Assembly: GCA_951406725.2 (NCBI GenBank)
Contig: OX597825.1
Coordinates: 29,698,001 to 29,762,000, forward strand
Source: Octopus vulgaris
Lineage: Eukaryota
Reading direction: 5' to 3'
Length of the DNA: 64,000 bases
Shown piece after piece: positions 14,429 to 28,493 of this stretch (positions are counted from its first letter, which is position 1; every line of letters starts with the position of its first letter). Made by a program: the position numbers and the translations under genes. The notes under the pieces are model-generated. The model saw nothing but the letters and a program-made list of their open reading frames with translations. It made no database searches and was not told the origin of the DNA.

Positions 14429-15821
14429 GTGGGCAAGAAAGTAATTTCGTTTTTTTTAGCGTGAAATAAAAGTAAGTGTTTCATATAGAAAAATGTGACT
14501 TTAATTAATTATATATTTTCTATTTTGTTTGATGACCGTTTGTCATCTTTCTGCGAACTTCATGATTCCATGCTCATAGAACTTCTGGTCCTTATCAGCC
14601 AAAAATTGAAGCAAGTGCGATTTCAGATGTCATCATTATTATTGAAAGTTTTAAAATTCAAAGAATTTTGCAAACTTCGAAATAAATGGTAATCTGATGA
14701 TGCAAGGTCGGTGCGATATGATGGATGTGATATCACTTCCCAACTAAGCTCCAATAATTTTTCACGAGTTAGCAAAGACGTATTGTGGTCTACCATTGTC
14801 ATGGTGGAGCACGATTCCTTTACGATTTGCCAATGCTGGCCATTTTTCTTTGATTGCTTCTTCAATTTTATGTTAAACACAGTCAGACTTATTCTGGAAA
14901 ACAACACATTCCTCTTTAGTGTAAAGAATTACATCTAAATTAAAGGAATGGCAATGGGAACGAAGTTTGCTTCCGTTTACACGAATTCTGTAATGGGATA
15001 TTTAGAATTGCAGTAAATATCAGATTGCAGTAAATATCAGAATTGATCGTCCTTGGAAACAGCTCAAAATACGCAACACCTTTGTAATCATACCAAATTG
15101 ACAGCATGACAATTTTTTGATGCAATTCAGTTTTTGATGCGGTTTGTACTGGTTCACTCACTTGGACCATGATCGTTTTCGATTGATGTTATTGTAGACA
15201 ATCCATTTTTCATCACCAGTGATAATTCGTTTCAAAATAAAGGTCGATTCGATTTCGTTTGAGATGCATAGTGCAAATATTGATTCGTTGTGTTAACTGA
15301 ATCACTTTCAATTTATGCTGAACCCCAATATCGAGCTTCTTAACGAGTCCAAGATATTTTAAGTGATTTCCAATTGTTGTGTGTGATACATTTAACCGCT
15401 CTGCAATCTGATTCAATTATGGCTTTGATCGGTCATCATCAACTTCAGTAGGTCAACCAGAACGTTGGTCATCTTTGAGGGAAAAATCGCCAAAGGAATT
15501 TTTTTAAACAATGTGCGTTCTGTTAAGCAATCAACACCATAAACTTCGCATATCTCTTTGTGAGCGTCAGTACTTTTCTTGCCTTTACAGAAATAAAAAA
15601 AAAGCAAAATATGGCGAAAATGTTCGTTTTGCACTCCATGTTAAAATTGACACTGAACTAACAGCTGTAAACAAAATTACGTTCAATTTGCTTCTGAAGT
15701 AAGCTAAAACTAACGGGTACCAAATATCAAACGGAAAACTCGTAACATTGACAGAAGTCATTCAAAAAAATTGTCACTCTATCTATTTGCAAAAAATGAA
15801 ATTACTTTCTTGCCAACCCAA
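14425..15821 (-). mobile_element. Decayed full-length mariner (Tc1/mariner; mellifera- or cecropia-like) with both TIRs and TA target sites
   Basis: TIRs ttgggt(g/t)ggcaagaaagtaatttc(g/a)tttttt at both ends (2 mismatches), each flanked by TA. Frameshifted transposase fragments on the minus strand: MQNEHFRHILLF..., KKLDIGVQHKL (degenerate WVPHEL), VMLSIWYDYKGVAYFEL, HHDNGRPH, HPSYRTDLASSDYHLFRSLQN (degenerate YSPDLAPSD). Confidence 0.92.
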
Positions 15822-15842
15822 TATATAACTGTGTGTGTGTGT

Positions 15843-16750
15843 GAGGCTGAGTAAAAAAGTAAGCAACGTTTTGAAACATTGAAATTCATCAAAATATGTT
15901 TTAACAATGTGGAAATTTTATTCATCGAAGTACTTACTTTGATGAAGAACATTTTCGCATTGTTAGAACTTATTTTGATGAATTTCAATGTTTCAAAACG
16001 TTGCTTACAATCAACACATTTTTGCCAATGACTTACAAGTTTGTTCATTCCAGTAACAAATATATCTGGTGTTCTGAAGTTGATGAACACTTTGAACGCA
16101 CTTTCAGCATCGCTTTGACTTTTGAACTCCTTCTCTCACAGGAAACCATCAAAGTGCTTGAAAAAGCAGTAGTCAGTAGGAGAAAGGTTTGGGGAATAAG
16201 TTGGGTGGGGGAAGAACTTCGTAGCCAAATTCTCTCAACTTCTGGAGCGTCATTAGTGAAACGTGTGGTCGAGCAGTTTTCTTGCTAATTGAAGTTCTTT
16301 TGCCAGTTCTCGAGTGGTTTTGCGTGGACCTTTCTCAAAACAACGCTCTTTAATTGATTATCATTGATGACAGATGGGCATCCACTACACTCACGATCTT
16401 CAAGTCTCAGGTCTCCACACCGAAATCGTTTACACCATTTTCTAGTTCGCCACTCACTGGTCATTTTATCACCAAATGTTCCATTGATATCACGAGAAAT
16501 TTCAGCTGCTTTACGTTCTTTTTTGAAGTTGAATAGCAAAATTGCTTGAATATTGCGCTTTCACAGTTCCATTTCATATGATTGTAACAACGGTGAAAAA
16601 ATATCAATGTTAATTTATTGATGCATTTGGGCAAGTCTATGTCTGTATTATCAAACAATTACAAAAAATTTTTTAAAATTCAAAACTATGCAAAAATCTG
16701 GTACAATTTCTTCATGGTTCAAAATATTGCTTACTTTTTACTCGACATAA
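15843..16750 (-). mobile_element. Second mariner of a different family, internally deleted (~0.9 kb)
   Basis: TIR-like gagtaaaaa(a)gtaagcaa..ttttgaa at both ends. The N-terminal HTH region (LLFNFKKERKAAEISRDIN...WCKRFRCGDLRLEDRECSGCPS) is joined almost directly to the C-terminal region (YEVLPHPTYSPNLSPTDYCFFKHFDGFL...WQKCVDC...YFDE*). The central catalytic region is missing. Confidence 0.88.
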
Positions 16751-16958
16751 TATATATATTGATCAAAAGACTTTGGTTAAAAGATTTTGGTTAGTACCTT
16801 AAATTCCAAAGCATGATGGCTGAGGATTAGCATCGTGTTTTGAAACTTAAAGTACCAAGAAATTTGAATCAAATCATTTTGAGCCATACATATAACTCAC
16901 AAATGTGTTGAGTGCCCTTCTTCCGTTTGTCCATTCTCTTGCATACATATACATACAC

Positions 16959-17006
<48 letters not shown>

Positions 17007-17376
17007 CATGTATGTATGTATGTATGTATGTATGTATGTATGTATGTATGTATGTATGTATGTATATGTAAATGTGTGTGTGTATACATATATGTGTATA
17101 TATTCTATTTGAAATGTAGATATGGTTATAAATATAATATGATATATATATATATATATATATATAATAGAGGATAACACAGACCAAAATCTCATTATCA
17201 CTGAATTGCATTCACATTACAAATGTTTCATTTCTTTTTCATTTCATGCCTGTGATTTATTTTATGTTAGCAGAGTGAATAAATCTATAATGATGTGATT
17301 TCCCTAGTAAAAGTTGTCTCACTCTTATTTGTGGTTGAAAGATTTTATGAAAAATATAAAGGAGAGACTGAACCCT

Positions 17377-17449
<73 letters not shown>

Positions 17450-17498
17450 ACATATATGTATATATATATTTACATACATATGTATATACATATGCATC

Positions 17499-17620
<122 letters not shown>

Positions 17621-17804
17621 GGAATCAGAGATAGTATTTATTCTAATATAATCACAAAACTTTTCTAAGATGTTTCCTTTAGAAGTTTTCGAGCTTTATG
17701 ATTGAAGTGTTGTATGTTATTGTAAAATGGTTACAATGTAGCCTCTGAAATGGAACAGTTTGGAATAAAAATATGACAGGATTATTTCACAGCAATATAT
17801 ATAT

Positions 17805-17857
<53 letters not shown>

Positions 17858-17923
17858 CCGTACACACACACACACACACACATGCACTTGCACATATACT
17901 TACATATATATGTATATATACAT

Positions 17924-18083
<160 letters not shown>

Positions 18084-18728
18084 ATAGATATAGAAATTAT
18101 TCCTGTCTTGAAATTTGCTGGTTATATCAATAGCATAGACCAAGTTTTTCATGTTTCTATATGAAAAAAAAAAAAAAGAGGCAAAATATCGTATGCAAAT
18201 CTCTTGTTTACAGACATGTTACTATTTCTAAAAGTTATCAATGCGTTATTCTGAAAAACATTTTCATTGTTTTATATATTCTTATTTTAGTTTTATTTTA
18301 TTTACATCTTTAGTTGTTATGATTTATTTGGCAAACTAAATGTGCCCGAGTGTAATTTTGTCAGCTATATAATTTCCGAGTGATCTAGTAAAATTAATGT
18401 TTGCAGTTTGTCTCTAGTATTTTATAATAACTTTGTTTTTTTTTTACTTCTTCTTCTTCGTTTTCTTTTCGTATTCCATAGTTAACATAAGCTACCGCTG
18501 TGTTTGTTACATTCCATTACATTGTCATTATTCATTCAACCCATCCATACCAACTTCCAAGAACCGATCTATAAAACCAATGATGTCGATGATGGTTCCA
18601 CTTCAAGTTTTTTTCTCTTTCTTTCTTTCTTTCTTTTTTTCTCCAATGTTTTTTGTTGTCATCATCTTCTTTGGTTTTCTTCATCAATATTTTCCCTGTT
18701 CATCCTCAGTCTTCTTCACAATTTTCTA

Positions 18729-18820
18729 GCTTCTTCTTCTTCTTCTTCTTCTTCTTCTTCTTCTTCTTCTTCTTCTTCTTCTTCTTCTTCTTCTTCTTCT
18801 TCTTCTTCTTCTTCTTCTTC
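18729..18820. repeat. (TTC)n microsatellite
   Basis: Direct reading. Confidence 0.95.
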
Positions 18821-19548
18821 CTTTCCTTCTCCTCCTCCTCCACCACCACCAGCCACTCCTTCTTCTTATTCTTTAGACTTTTCCTTCTTCTGAAATGTAT
18901 TTGAATTGAATAAGTTTATTATTATTTCATATGAAATAATGGACTATAAACATTGTACTAAAAACGTACTATTTGAAATAAATACTAAATCATAGGAATC
19001 TAAATATAGTTCTGTATAAAACTACAAATATTCACATCAATGAGGTTACTTGACCTGCGAGAAATAGCAGATGAATCACCATTAAATTATATATTATTAA
19101 TCTTTATAAAAATAAATGAAAGAATGTTAATTCAGAGTGGGAAGCCTTAGACAGACTATGCTTGAAGCAAAAAAAATTAGATAAGATGTACACAGTTGGA
19201 AAGCTTTGATCAGAGATTTTCCCAGTTAGAGCTGACTATGGCCAGAGCAATAATACCAACAACAAAATGCTATTGCAGCCTCTGCTGCTCCTGCTGCTCC
19301 TCTTCATCCTCCTAGTACTACTATATGTGTGTGTATATGTATATTATGTACACACACACACACAAACACACACACTTGTATTGCAAAAACCAATTTAGAA
19401 ATAGACAAGTTGTTTTTACTGGAAATATGAAAAGACAGTCTGGTTGGACATGCAAAAGTCTGGTCTGATCCTTTCATCAGTTACCAACTGGAAATCAAAG
19501 CAATTTCAGCATTCTAATATTATATATATATATATGTATGTATATAGG

Positions 19549-19606
<58 letters not shown>

Positions 19607-19648
19607 CATGTAGATATATATATATTTACATCTATATATATATATATT

Positions 19649-19697
<49 letters not shown>

Positions 19698-19701
19698 CAT
19701 C

Positions 19702-19759
<58 letters not shown>

Positions 19760-19809
19760 TAAACATAAACGTGCTCATGCAGTCATAATAAAATAATGCC
19801 TAAATATTG

Positions 19810-20020
19810 GTTTCAAATTTTGACACGAGGCCAGTAATTGCTTTTGGTGTGGGGTTGTTGGGTTAAATCGATTACATCGACTCCAGTGCTTGACTGATAC
19901 TTTTTTAATCGACTCTTAAAGGATGAAAGGTAAATCTAACCTTGGTGGAATTTGAACTCAGAACGTAAAGACGGATGAAATATCGCTAAGCATTTTGCCT
20001 GGCATGCTAACATTTCTGCC
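19810..20020 (-). mobile_element. SINE family A
   Basis: Reverse complement of the 42054-42264 monomer. Confidence 0.75.
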
Positions 20021-20088
20021 TTAATATTCTCACCTAACGTATATCAGCATGGAAAACTGAATGCAAAAGTGATAATGATGATGATGAA

Positions 20089-20128
<40 letters not shown>

Positions 20129-20827
20129 GTGATGGTGGTGTTGGTGATGATGATGATGCTGACGATGACGATGATAACGAGGAGGGAGCGACCTTATAGT
20201 ATTTGGAACTGATACCAGGTCACCTGAAAAGGTAACCAGAAAGAAACAGTTGTCCTTATCTGACCTCCATCCCACTTCACACATGAAATTATTTTATTGT
20301 CTTCTACCCAGAAAGAGGAAAAGTAAGGTTGTCTCTCATGTGACTTGAACATAGAACATAAAGGGGAAATAACTATATATTGTGTAATGCAAATAACACT
20401 CTACCATTTTAGCCACATCTCTCTCTCTCCCTCTCTCTTTCTCGTTCTTTGTTGCTCTCTCATTCTCTCTCAACAAAGTAAATATTTGTAATACTTATCA
20501 GCCTAAAAGTGAAGCAAAATTCAAGCAATCATAAGTTGTGAAATATTACTTGACAATATATCTAACCTTGTAGATAATTCTTTATTAAAAAGACATTTGA
20601 TTTATGATGAGTCTACTTGCCTAAACTTACAAAACTAGAAACCAGAAAGAAAGTTAGTGATAGCTAAGAAGTGGTTTTATTTTTCCTTTTCTATTTTTGT
20701 TTTTTTTTAATATTTTTAAAATCAATACAAAATCGAATTAAAAGCACAAAATCCAAATTTATCTATTTATCATCGTCATCCTTGCTTCATGCTTGAGAAA
20801 GTGCTTTATTATTATTATTGCTATCAG

Positions 20828-20887
<60 letters not shown>

Positions 20888-23611
20888 CATTATTATTATT
20901 ACTAATGGCACAATAAGTAAGTTAAATATTTCCTGTCAGCAATGTCCTATGATCAATCATGTATAAATTAACTGATCTAGAAATATTATCAATGTTGATC
21001 TTGTTTAAAAATAAAATAAAATAAAACATAAAATATAATAAAATACAATAAAATAAAATAAAATAAAAATTGTAGCCTTTTAAGTATTCAGTCATATAAA
21101 ATTTAAATAAGAGAAATCAAAAAACAAAATGGTTAAGGATGGTAGAATAAAATGCGTAGAAATCGTTATTGACACATGGAAACGGGGATGGGTAAGGATG
21201 GTTAGTAAAGAGAAGACGAATCTGTAACTATTAACAAAACAAATATGGCTTATGTCATCTGAAAGAGTTATTGTCTCTTGTTTGTTGGAGCCAGAGTAGA
21301 AACCAAACTTCAGTCTTTCTGACACTTTCGCCTTTCACCTGACAACCTCTAACCCTCTTTCACCCCATCGATGTTCATACTGTATGCTTTTTGTCTCTCT
21401 TTCCTCTTTTCCTTTTTTGTTTACCGTTAACCTGTCTACCACTTCCCTTCTTCTCCACCCTGACTCTTTTTTTAAACTCGCTGTTTGCACAGTGGCTTCA
21501 ATCTGGATAGTTCATTGCACTTGTCATCTGTGTGTTTGCGTACATGTGTGTATTTGTGCGTTGTGTGTGTAGTGACTATGTCTGTGGATACACGCACATA
21601 CACACAGACATATATGTATATGCATATACATATATATATATGTGTGTGTTGTGACCAAGCAATTCATAATTTGTTGCCCTTCTGAGTCACTGCTCCAATT
21701 TCTTCTCATCTCATCTCCATGTGATGCAAATAGTTCTTTTAACCAAAGCAACTATTTTTCTTCAAAACATTGTCCCTGTCTTTGAATTCCAATGCTCACT
21801 AATGTTTAGCTTCCATTTATTCATTTCTTCCTTTTATCATCTCCTCTTCATCTCCTTTGACTGCTTATTCCTGAGAAGTTGTTAAAGCAGAATATTCAAG
21901 CAAACCTTCCATAGAATCCTGTCACATGCCACCATCTCCAGTTGATCTGATTGGGTCCCCAACTGAGACCAAGCAAATGCACAGTTGTTATCCACGACAA
22001 AACTAACAACCTGGGCCCCCTGCTGGTTAGTTTTTGCCTGTAAAATCTGTTCAGAAATCCTTTCTTAAGATATTCTTACAACATGTGTTCACCTTATATG
22101 TTTCTTTTTTTTTTCCGTGCAAGCATAGGTAAAATAAGGACTTATGTGAGGCAGAATTTTAAAACCAGGTACTCCTCCCGTCATTAACTCTAACCTGTTT
22201 TGAAAATAAGGAATAATTTCTTCAACATATCAAAGAAAACAGAGCAACTAGTCATAATATCTACGAAGAATGCAAGCATCATATCATTGTTTTGCTCAAG
22301 CAATGACAAGGGTATCCATTGGATATCAACATTCACAAACGTTTGTACAGACACAACAGACACATATACACATAAGCACCATATTCATACATACATACAT
22401 ACATACAGACATACATACATACATACACACATACATACATACATACATACATACATACACACACTCATACATACATACACACATACATACACACACAGAG
22501 AATCATGAGCATCCTAGTTTCTTTTCTTTTTACTAAATTCACTCACAAGGAATCGGTTGGCCAGAGGCTATAGTATAAAACACTTAACCAAACCTCTGAC
22601 TCACTAAGATATAAAACCACACGGTTGTATAACAAACTTATTAACCACACATTCATGCTTGTATCTTTGTGAAAGTAAAATTAATTTCATCAGAATCTTC
22701 TCATTGCTCAGTGGTTTATGCACTTGACAATATTCAAGCATAAAATCACATTAACAAATAGCCTACAACATTCACACCTTTAACAGTAATATAGCTAATT
22801 TACATCTTGCGAAATGCTCTTCACTGCATGTCTTAATAGTCCATCAGCTGCTGTCTAGTTAAATATATAGTTAATCCCAGATGCAGCTTGATAAAGCATT
22901 ATTACATTCTTAACACAACGGAATCTGGTCCCTTTGCTTTCTTTTATTCCCTCTTTTACTCCACGATTTAACTTTCTCTTTTATTCTGTTTGCCGATTCC
23001 TTCTTGTCTCATGAAATTTGACTTTTGACTTGAATCATTACCAATGCAATACTATGTTTGCAGACACACATAGGTCAGTTGTGAAAGGTGAATTACCTTT
23101 AATTGAAGTTTGCTAAATTCTCACCACATTCTGTATGTGTTGCAAACTATTTATCTTCCTTTTCTCTTTTTTTCAAAGAGCATATTATTATTATTATTAT
23201 TATATTGGTCTTTCATAGACTACTTTATTTGTCATATACTTTCTCAATAGAAGGGAACAATTATAATCTCAATAGCTGATGTTCCTGCTCATATATTCTC
23301 AAGAACCAGAGGCAAACCTTAGCACTTATACACACATAATATATCACATGTAATACAATCTGATACAAAAGTACAAACAGAGTGTTTCTTCTCTTTCTGA
23401 AGCAGATTTGCAACCATTTGGGAGAGAATAAGCTATGCGGAAGAAATTTCTTTGTTAGTTATGGCAATTGACTGAAAAACTCTCCAGAATGACATTATAC
23501 GTCAAAATTATTATTACATCACCTTACCACCATTTACATGAATTAAAACATTATTTTCAGGTTCTCATCATTATATCATTACTACATCATTTTCCCATTA
23601 GTAATAATAAC

Positions 23612-23667
<56 letters not shown>

Positions 23668-25527
23668 TAATAATAATAATGATAATAATAGAACTGAATT
23701 TAAAAAACAACTTAACCCACTTGCTTCTTCAATTCTCTAATTATATCTGTTTTCAATGTGAGTTTACCAAAAATATCTTGTATGTGTTTGGTTCTGTTTT
23801 GAGACTTATCTTCTATTTTGATTTATATTTCATATTAGACAAATACTTCTCCAGACAGTTTTTTTTTTATTCTATTTTATTTACTTCGATTTCACCCCTC
23901 ATCAACTACAGTCTGACAGTTGCTGTTGTCAGCTTTTCACATTATTTTTTATTGGTATAAACATGTTGTGATAATGTTGATTTCTATCTTTGTCTGTCTT
24001 TGATTTTTACTCTTTTACAATACATACATACAAATATATACATACATACATATATATATGTTTTCTTTATTATTTTCGTTAAATGTTTTTTTTCTTTTAT
24101 CCTCTCTAGTGTGAGTTGACAACACAGTTTGCACTGACTAAACAAAAATAAATAATTAAGCAATTAAAGCAGTAACTACTACAAATAGACTTTTTTTTAA
24201 TTATCTGATTTTCAACAGAAAAATCTAACCTCTTAAGTAAAGCTTGAAAATAAGAGGCAGAGAGACAGTCAGACAGAGAGACAGAGAGACAGAAGGACAG
24301 AGACAAAGAGGCAGCCATACTTACATACATCCAGTCAGGCAGACAGAGAGACGTTTGAGAGTGCTGAATCACATTAATTGCACAAAGTAATTTAGCTAAA
24401 TAACGAATTTCTGATTAAATTACAATTTGTTTTTGTTTTTTTTTTCTTACTGTATAACCTGAGATAGCAAACAAATTAATTGCTTAACTTGGTCTCAGTT
24501 TGCTTTTTGATATTTTACTTAAGCTGTGTAGATCTTCTAACAATGTATCATACAGATATTCTAAAATACTGAAATATTTTTCTATTAATATAACAGTATA
24601 TTCTAAGAAGTCAAATAATTTGCTTCGTTTGGTCTCAGACATTCTGCATTTGACAGTTATTTTAAATAATTTTCTTAAAAGGTCTTAACATTTCATTGGT
24701 GGTAGGTGTTGTTGTTGTTGTTGTTTAACACCAAACCAGCTCAGAGCAAGCAAGTCTGTCATCAATGGCTTTCCAGCCATGAAATGTCTAATCTTTTTGC
24801 ATATTTACAGTTATACTGGCAAACCTGTCCTTCCTTATTTTTAGCTTTTGTGGAATTTGGCTGCTATTTTTAAATGGATGACTGACTATATTGACAATTC
24901 CACAAATGGTTAGCACATGTCTTTTGGAATGACTTCTTGTATTTACCTCAAAGAACAAAAACACTATTTACCCAAAAGACTTGCCAGCATTAAAATAAAA
25001 GCTACAGAAGATTATTTCCTGAAGATTATTTACTGAAGATTATTTCCAAGAATGTAGCACATGAAACTATAAAGAGCCAGTGTTCAGGTTTTATTTTCAA
25101 TGTGTCTGATAATGAAATCTAAACGAACCAATGTCTAAAAGATCTCAGGTTGCATTCACAGGTGATTTGACATATTTCATTTTTCAATTAATATAACTAT
25201 CAATTAAGTAGGAAGACAAAAAATATATTGTTTTGTTTTACTCTTAAATTGTTTATTTCAGAACTTTGTTCTCTTTTAATCAGTCAAGCAGTAACATAGA
25301 AGATCACAGACTTATTTAAGTAAAAGATTACTTACTATTCTATAACACATAAGATGAAGGAAAAACTATTTGTTGTCTTTCTTTTGTCAGTTATTTGTTC
25401 CCATTATTCAACGAAATCTCACTGACTTCATATATTTTAGGAATACAACTTTTTGTGAGATTCTCCCGTAATATCATATCTTTGGTACTTACTTTGGTAA
25501 TTAGCATGAAATAATTGTTTCAAATAA

Positions 25528-25740
25528 TGGTTTCAAATTTTGGCACCAGCAAGTTTCAAGGGAGGGATAAGTCAACTTCATGAACCCCAGTACCTGACTG
25601 GTACCTATTCTATTGAACCTGAAAGGATGAAGGGCACAGAAAATCCTAATGGAATCTGAATTCAAGAATATAAAGACAAATGAAATGTCACTAAGCAGTT
25701 TGTCTGATATGCTAATGATTCTGCCAGCTCACTGCCTTAA
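25528..25740 (-). mobile_element. SINE family A, followed by further degraded copies to ~26380
   Basis: tggtttcaaattttggca...gaaaggatgaaggg...ctgccagctcactgcctt matches family A on the minus strand. Confidence 0.7.
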
Positions 25741-27243
25741 ATTAGCATGAAATAACAGCAATGTCTTTGACAAAGCAAAAGCCAATTTTTATAGAGTTGG
25801 TTAAATTGGGTCCAATATATTGCTGGTATTCTAATTTACTAGATGGATGAAAGCAAAAGTCAAACTTTTTGGGTATTAATCTTAGAATGTAAAATTACAT
25901 GATTATAACATATGATGTATTTTTTTGATATCCTGTTGTATTTGCCAATTCCTTGCCCTTATTTCTTACATTGGTACAAGGACAAATTTGAAAGGAATGT
26001 GTGCAGCAAATTGGATCAACACCTGTATATTCTTGGGACTGGTTTTATTGATCCTGACAAAATGAAAGGCAAATTCATTCCACTAGGATTTGAATTCAGA
26101 GCAGAGGAACAAAATTAAATACAATGACATGCATAGCTTGGCACCATAACATTTCTGTTACTCCAACTTAATCATAATAAAAATGAAGATTTCTTACATC
26201 AGCACAAAGATACCAATCTGTAGTAAAGGGTTTAGACATTTCATTTGATTCAACCAGGAAACTAGTTTTTATTTTATTGACCATAGAAGAATGAAAGAAA
26301 AGACAAATTTGACCAGAACTGGATTTCAACTCAGAATGTAAGACAATATTGACTAGCGCTCTCCACTTTCTGTCATTCCTCAGAAATGGTAAGGATGTAA
26401 TAATAATGGTGATGATGAGGAATGGTTTTAGTTTACCATTTCCTCACATTTGCTTTCCCTCCCTATAATCATTTACAAACCAATGCTTACCCATGTATTA
26501 TGGCATCCGCTTTACTTCAATGATAACAGTTTTCTTCTGCCTCCTTTTCTGTAATTTGACAAATATATTTAATAAATCTGCTGCCCATTTAAGCAATAGC
26601 TTTCTTCTTTCTAGAATACTACAGAAATTCTTAACTGGTTTTGTGATTTATGGAAGCTCAACGTGCACTACAATATTTATTAATTATCTTTAATTTCTTT
26701 GCTTAAAAATCGGTGCTATATTGTCACTGAATAATAACTTTAGTCTCATTATCCCTAATTGATCATTATTCTTCAAAGTTAATTCTGACACATCTTAATG
26801 AAGAAATTTATACTCAGTAGTTATTTCTGATAACTTTTATGAATAGTGCTCGTCATCTAAATCATTCTGGGATTTTAATTTATAATCCATTCTCGTGTGA
26901 TTATATTCTTCTAAATAGAGAAATTAATTTTATAAATGCAAAAATAAATAATTTAAAATAATGCTTTATGCCTTTAATGAGAAGGTTCTTCAAATATGAT
27001 TAATTTGCTACTGTTATAATAATTCATTTCAATCTAAGCTTTCTATTCCATCATTTCTCATGGATTATACAATTTCACCTAGTCACACAGCATGCCACCT
27101 TACCTCTCTCATCTTAGCATTATCTATCTATTCTTCATTAACTTATTTCTCAGTGTCTCCTTCTCTCTCTTCTTTATCAGCTAGATATACAAACCTGGTT
27201 TTGTTCTTAATGTTCTTTGAAAGTTTCCTGCTGCTGCTGTTGT

Positions 27244-27450
27244 TGTTGTTGTTGTTAAGCCACGAGACGGGTAAGGGTGATTAGATGATGGTCTAGGGCT
27301 TAGAGGTGGGAGACTCCAGACCTTGGAAAAAAAAAACTTTGGTTGTCTTGTTGTAGTTGAGGGCTCTTCGTTGACGCCCGACACCACTGGGAGGTGGCCC
27401 TCGAAGTCACTGGAAATGGAGAACTCCAGGTCCAAATTCTTGAACAGCTG
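27244..27450 (-). mobile_element. Probable 3' fragment of a non-LTR retroposon with an (AAC)n tail
   Basis: GC- and CpG-rich island bounded by the direct repeat ctgctgctgctgttgt (27228-27243 and 27451-27466), with (TTG)n at the left end. Confidence 0.5.
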
Positions 27451-28322
27451 CTGCTGCTGCTGTTGTCATGGTTGTCTTCCCCACATTCTTCACCCATATT
27501 GCTACACCAGTATTTTCATGGGTCAATGAAGGAGTTTCTATATGGAAGGAACTTCTATGTAGCAACCAATTCTCAATTCAGACCATATCATGACATCTTA
27601 AAAGAAACACAGATGGTTACATCATGTTATGTAGTACATCTGAAAAAAGATGGGATAGTCATGGTTGGAATGCCTTTCATCATAGGTCTTCTTTATTAGC
27701 GATAATCAAAAACAACACTTTCATAATGATGAACACCCTCACCAGAATTATAACTAAAACCAACCACTTCACTCCAATGAAGGGGAACCCTTTTTTCAGT
27801 AAGTAAGCCAAATCTCTTCCTACTGTCTTAAATAAAGGATACATTAGATAATGTGGACCCAGATGTATAAAAAAGGCATAATGGTCACAACTGGAATGCC
27901 TATAACCAAAGTTCTATTTGATAAAAATTAACTGTGCCTGAATCAATATTTTTAGATATTTGTCTGAATTTCTGAGATGAGGATTTTCATTATTTACAGT
28001 AATATATTCAAACTGGTTTTAGTTGCTTGATTGTTATAGGCTTCAAGAGCACTTGTCTAATTCTGCTAGTTTTTGATAATAGTTTCAAATTTGGGCATAA
28101 GGCCAGCAATTTCACAAATGGTACCCAACTAACCCTACTATACTGTGTATCAAGAACAGACAATGTGCATGCATGAAATTAACAAAAATAAAATAGTGAC
28201 GATTTACCCATGACACCCTGTTTTTATGATTATAAGCTTAGGGTTTATTATTATTCACAGAATTTTATCTCATCACTGTTTCTTCCTTTAATGCAGAATA
28301 TAGAATATATATATATATACTT

Positions 28323-28355
<33 letters not shown>

Positions 28356-28440
28356 ATATATACTTTATTTAAAAGCACCAGAAATATAACAAAAGGTGTC
28401 ACTCAGAATTTCACATTCCCATTCGTTGGACAGTTTTGTT

Positions 28441-28493
28441 AACAAAACTGTCCGACGAACAGGAACGTGAAACTCTGAGTAACAGCTTTTGTT
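28441..28493 (+). ncRNA. Minimal type I hammerhead-ribozyme-like motif (PLE pLTR type)
   Basis: The sequence reads aacaaaa-CTGT-CCGACGA-AC-aggaac-GT-GAA-ACTC-t-GAGT-A-ACAG-c-ttttgtt. Helix I is CTGT/ACAG, extended by aacaaaa/ttttgtt. The core is CCGACGA...GAAA. Helix II is short, helix III is ACTC/GAGT, the triplet is GUA, and AATAAA follows at 28512. Confidence 0.65.

Noticed and set aside
21680-22050. Possible N-terminal remnant of an R4-type ORF on the minus strand
   Set aside because: Too many stops and only vague motif similarity; not supportable by eye.
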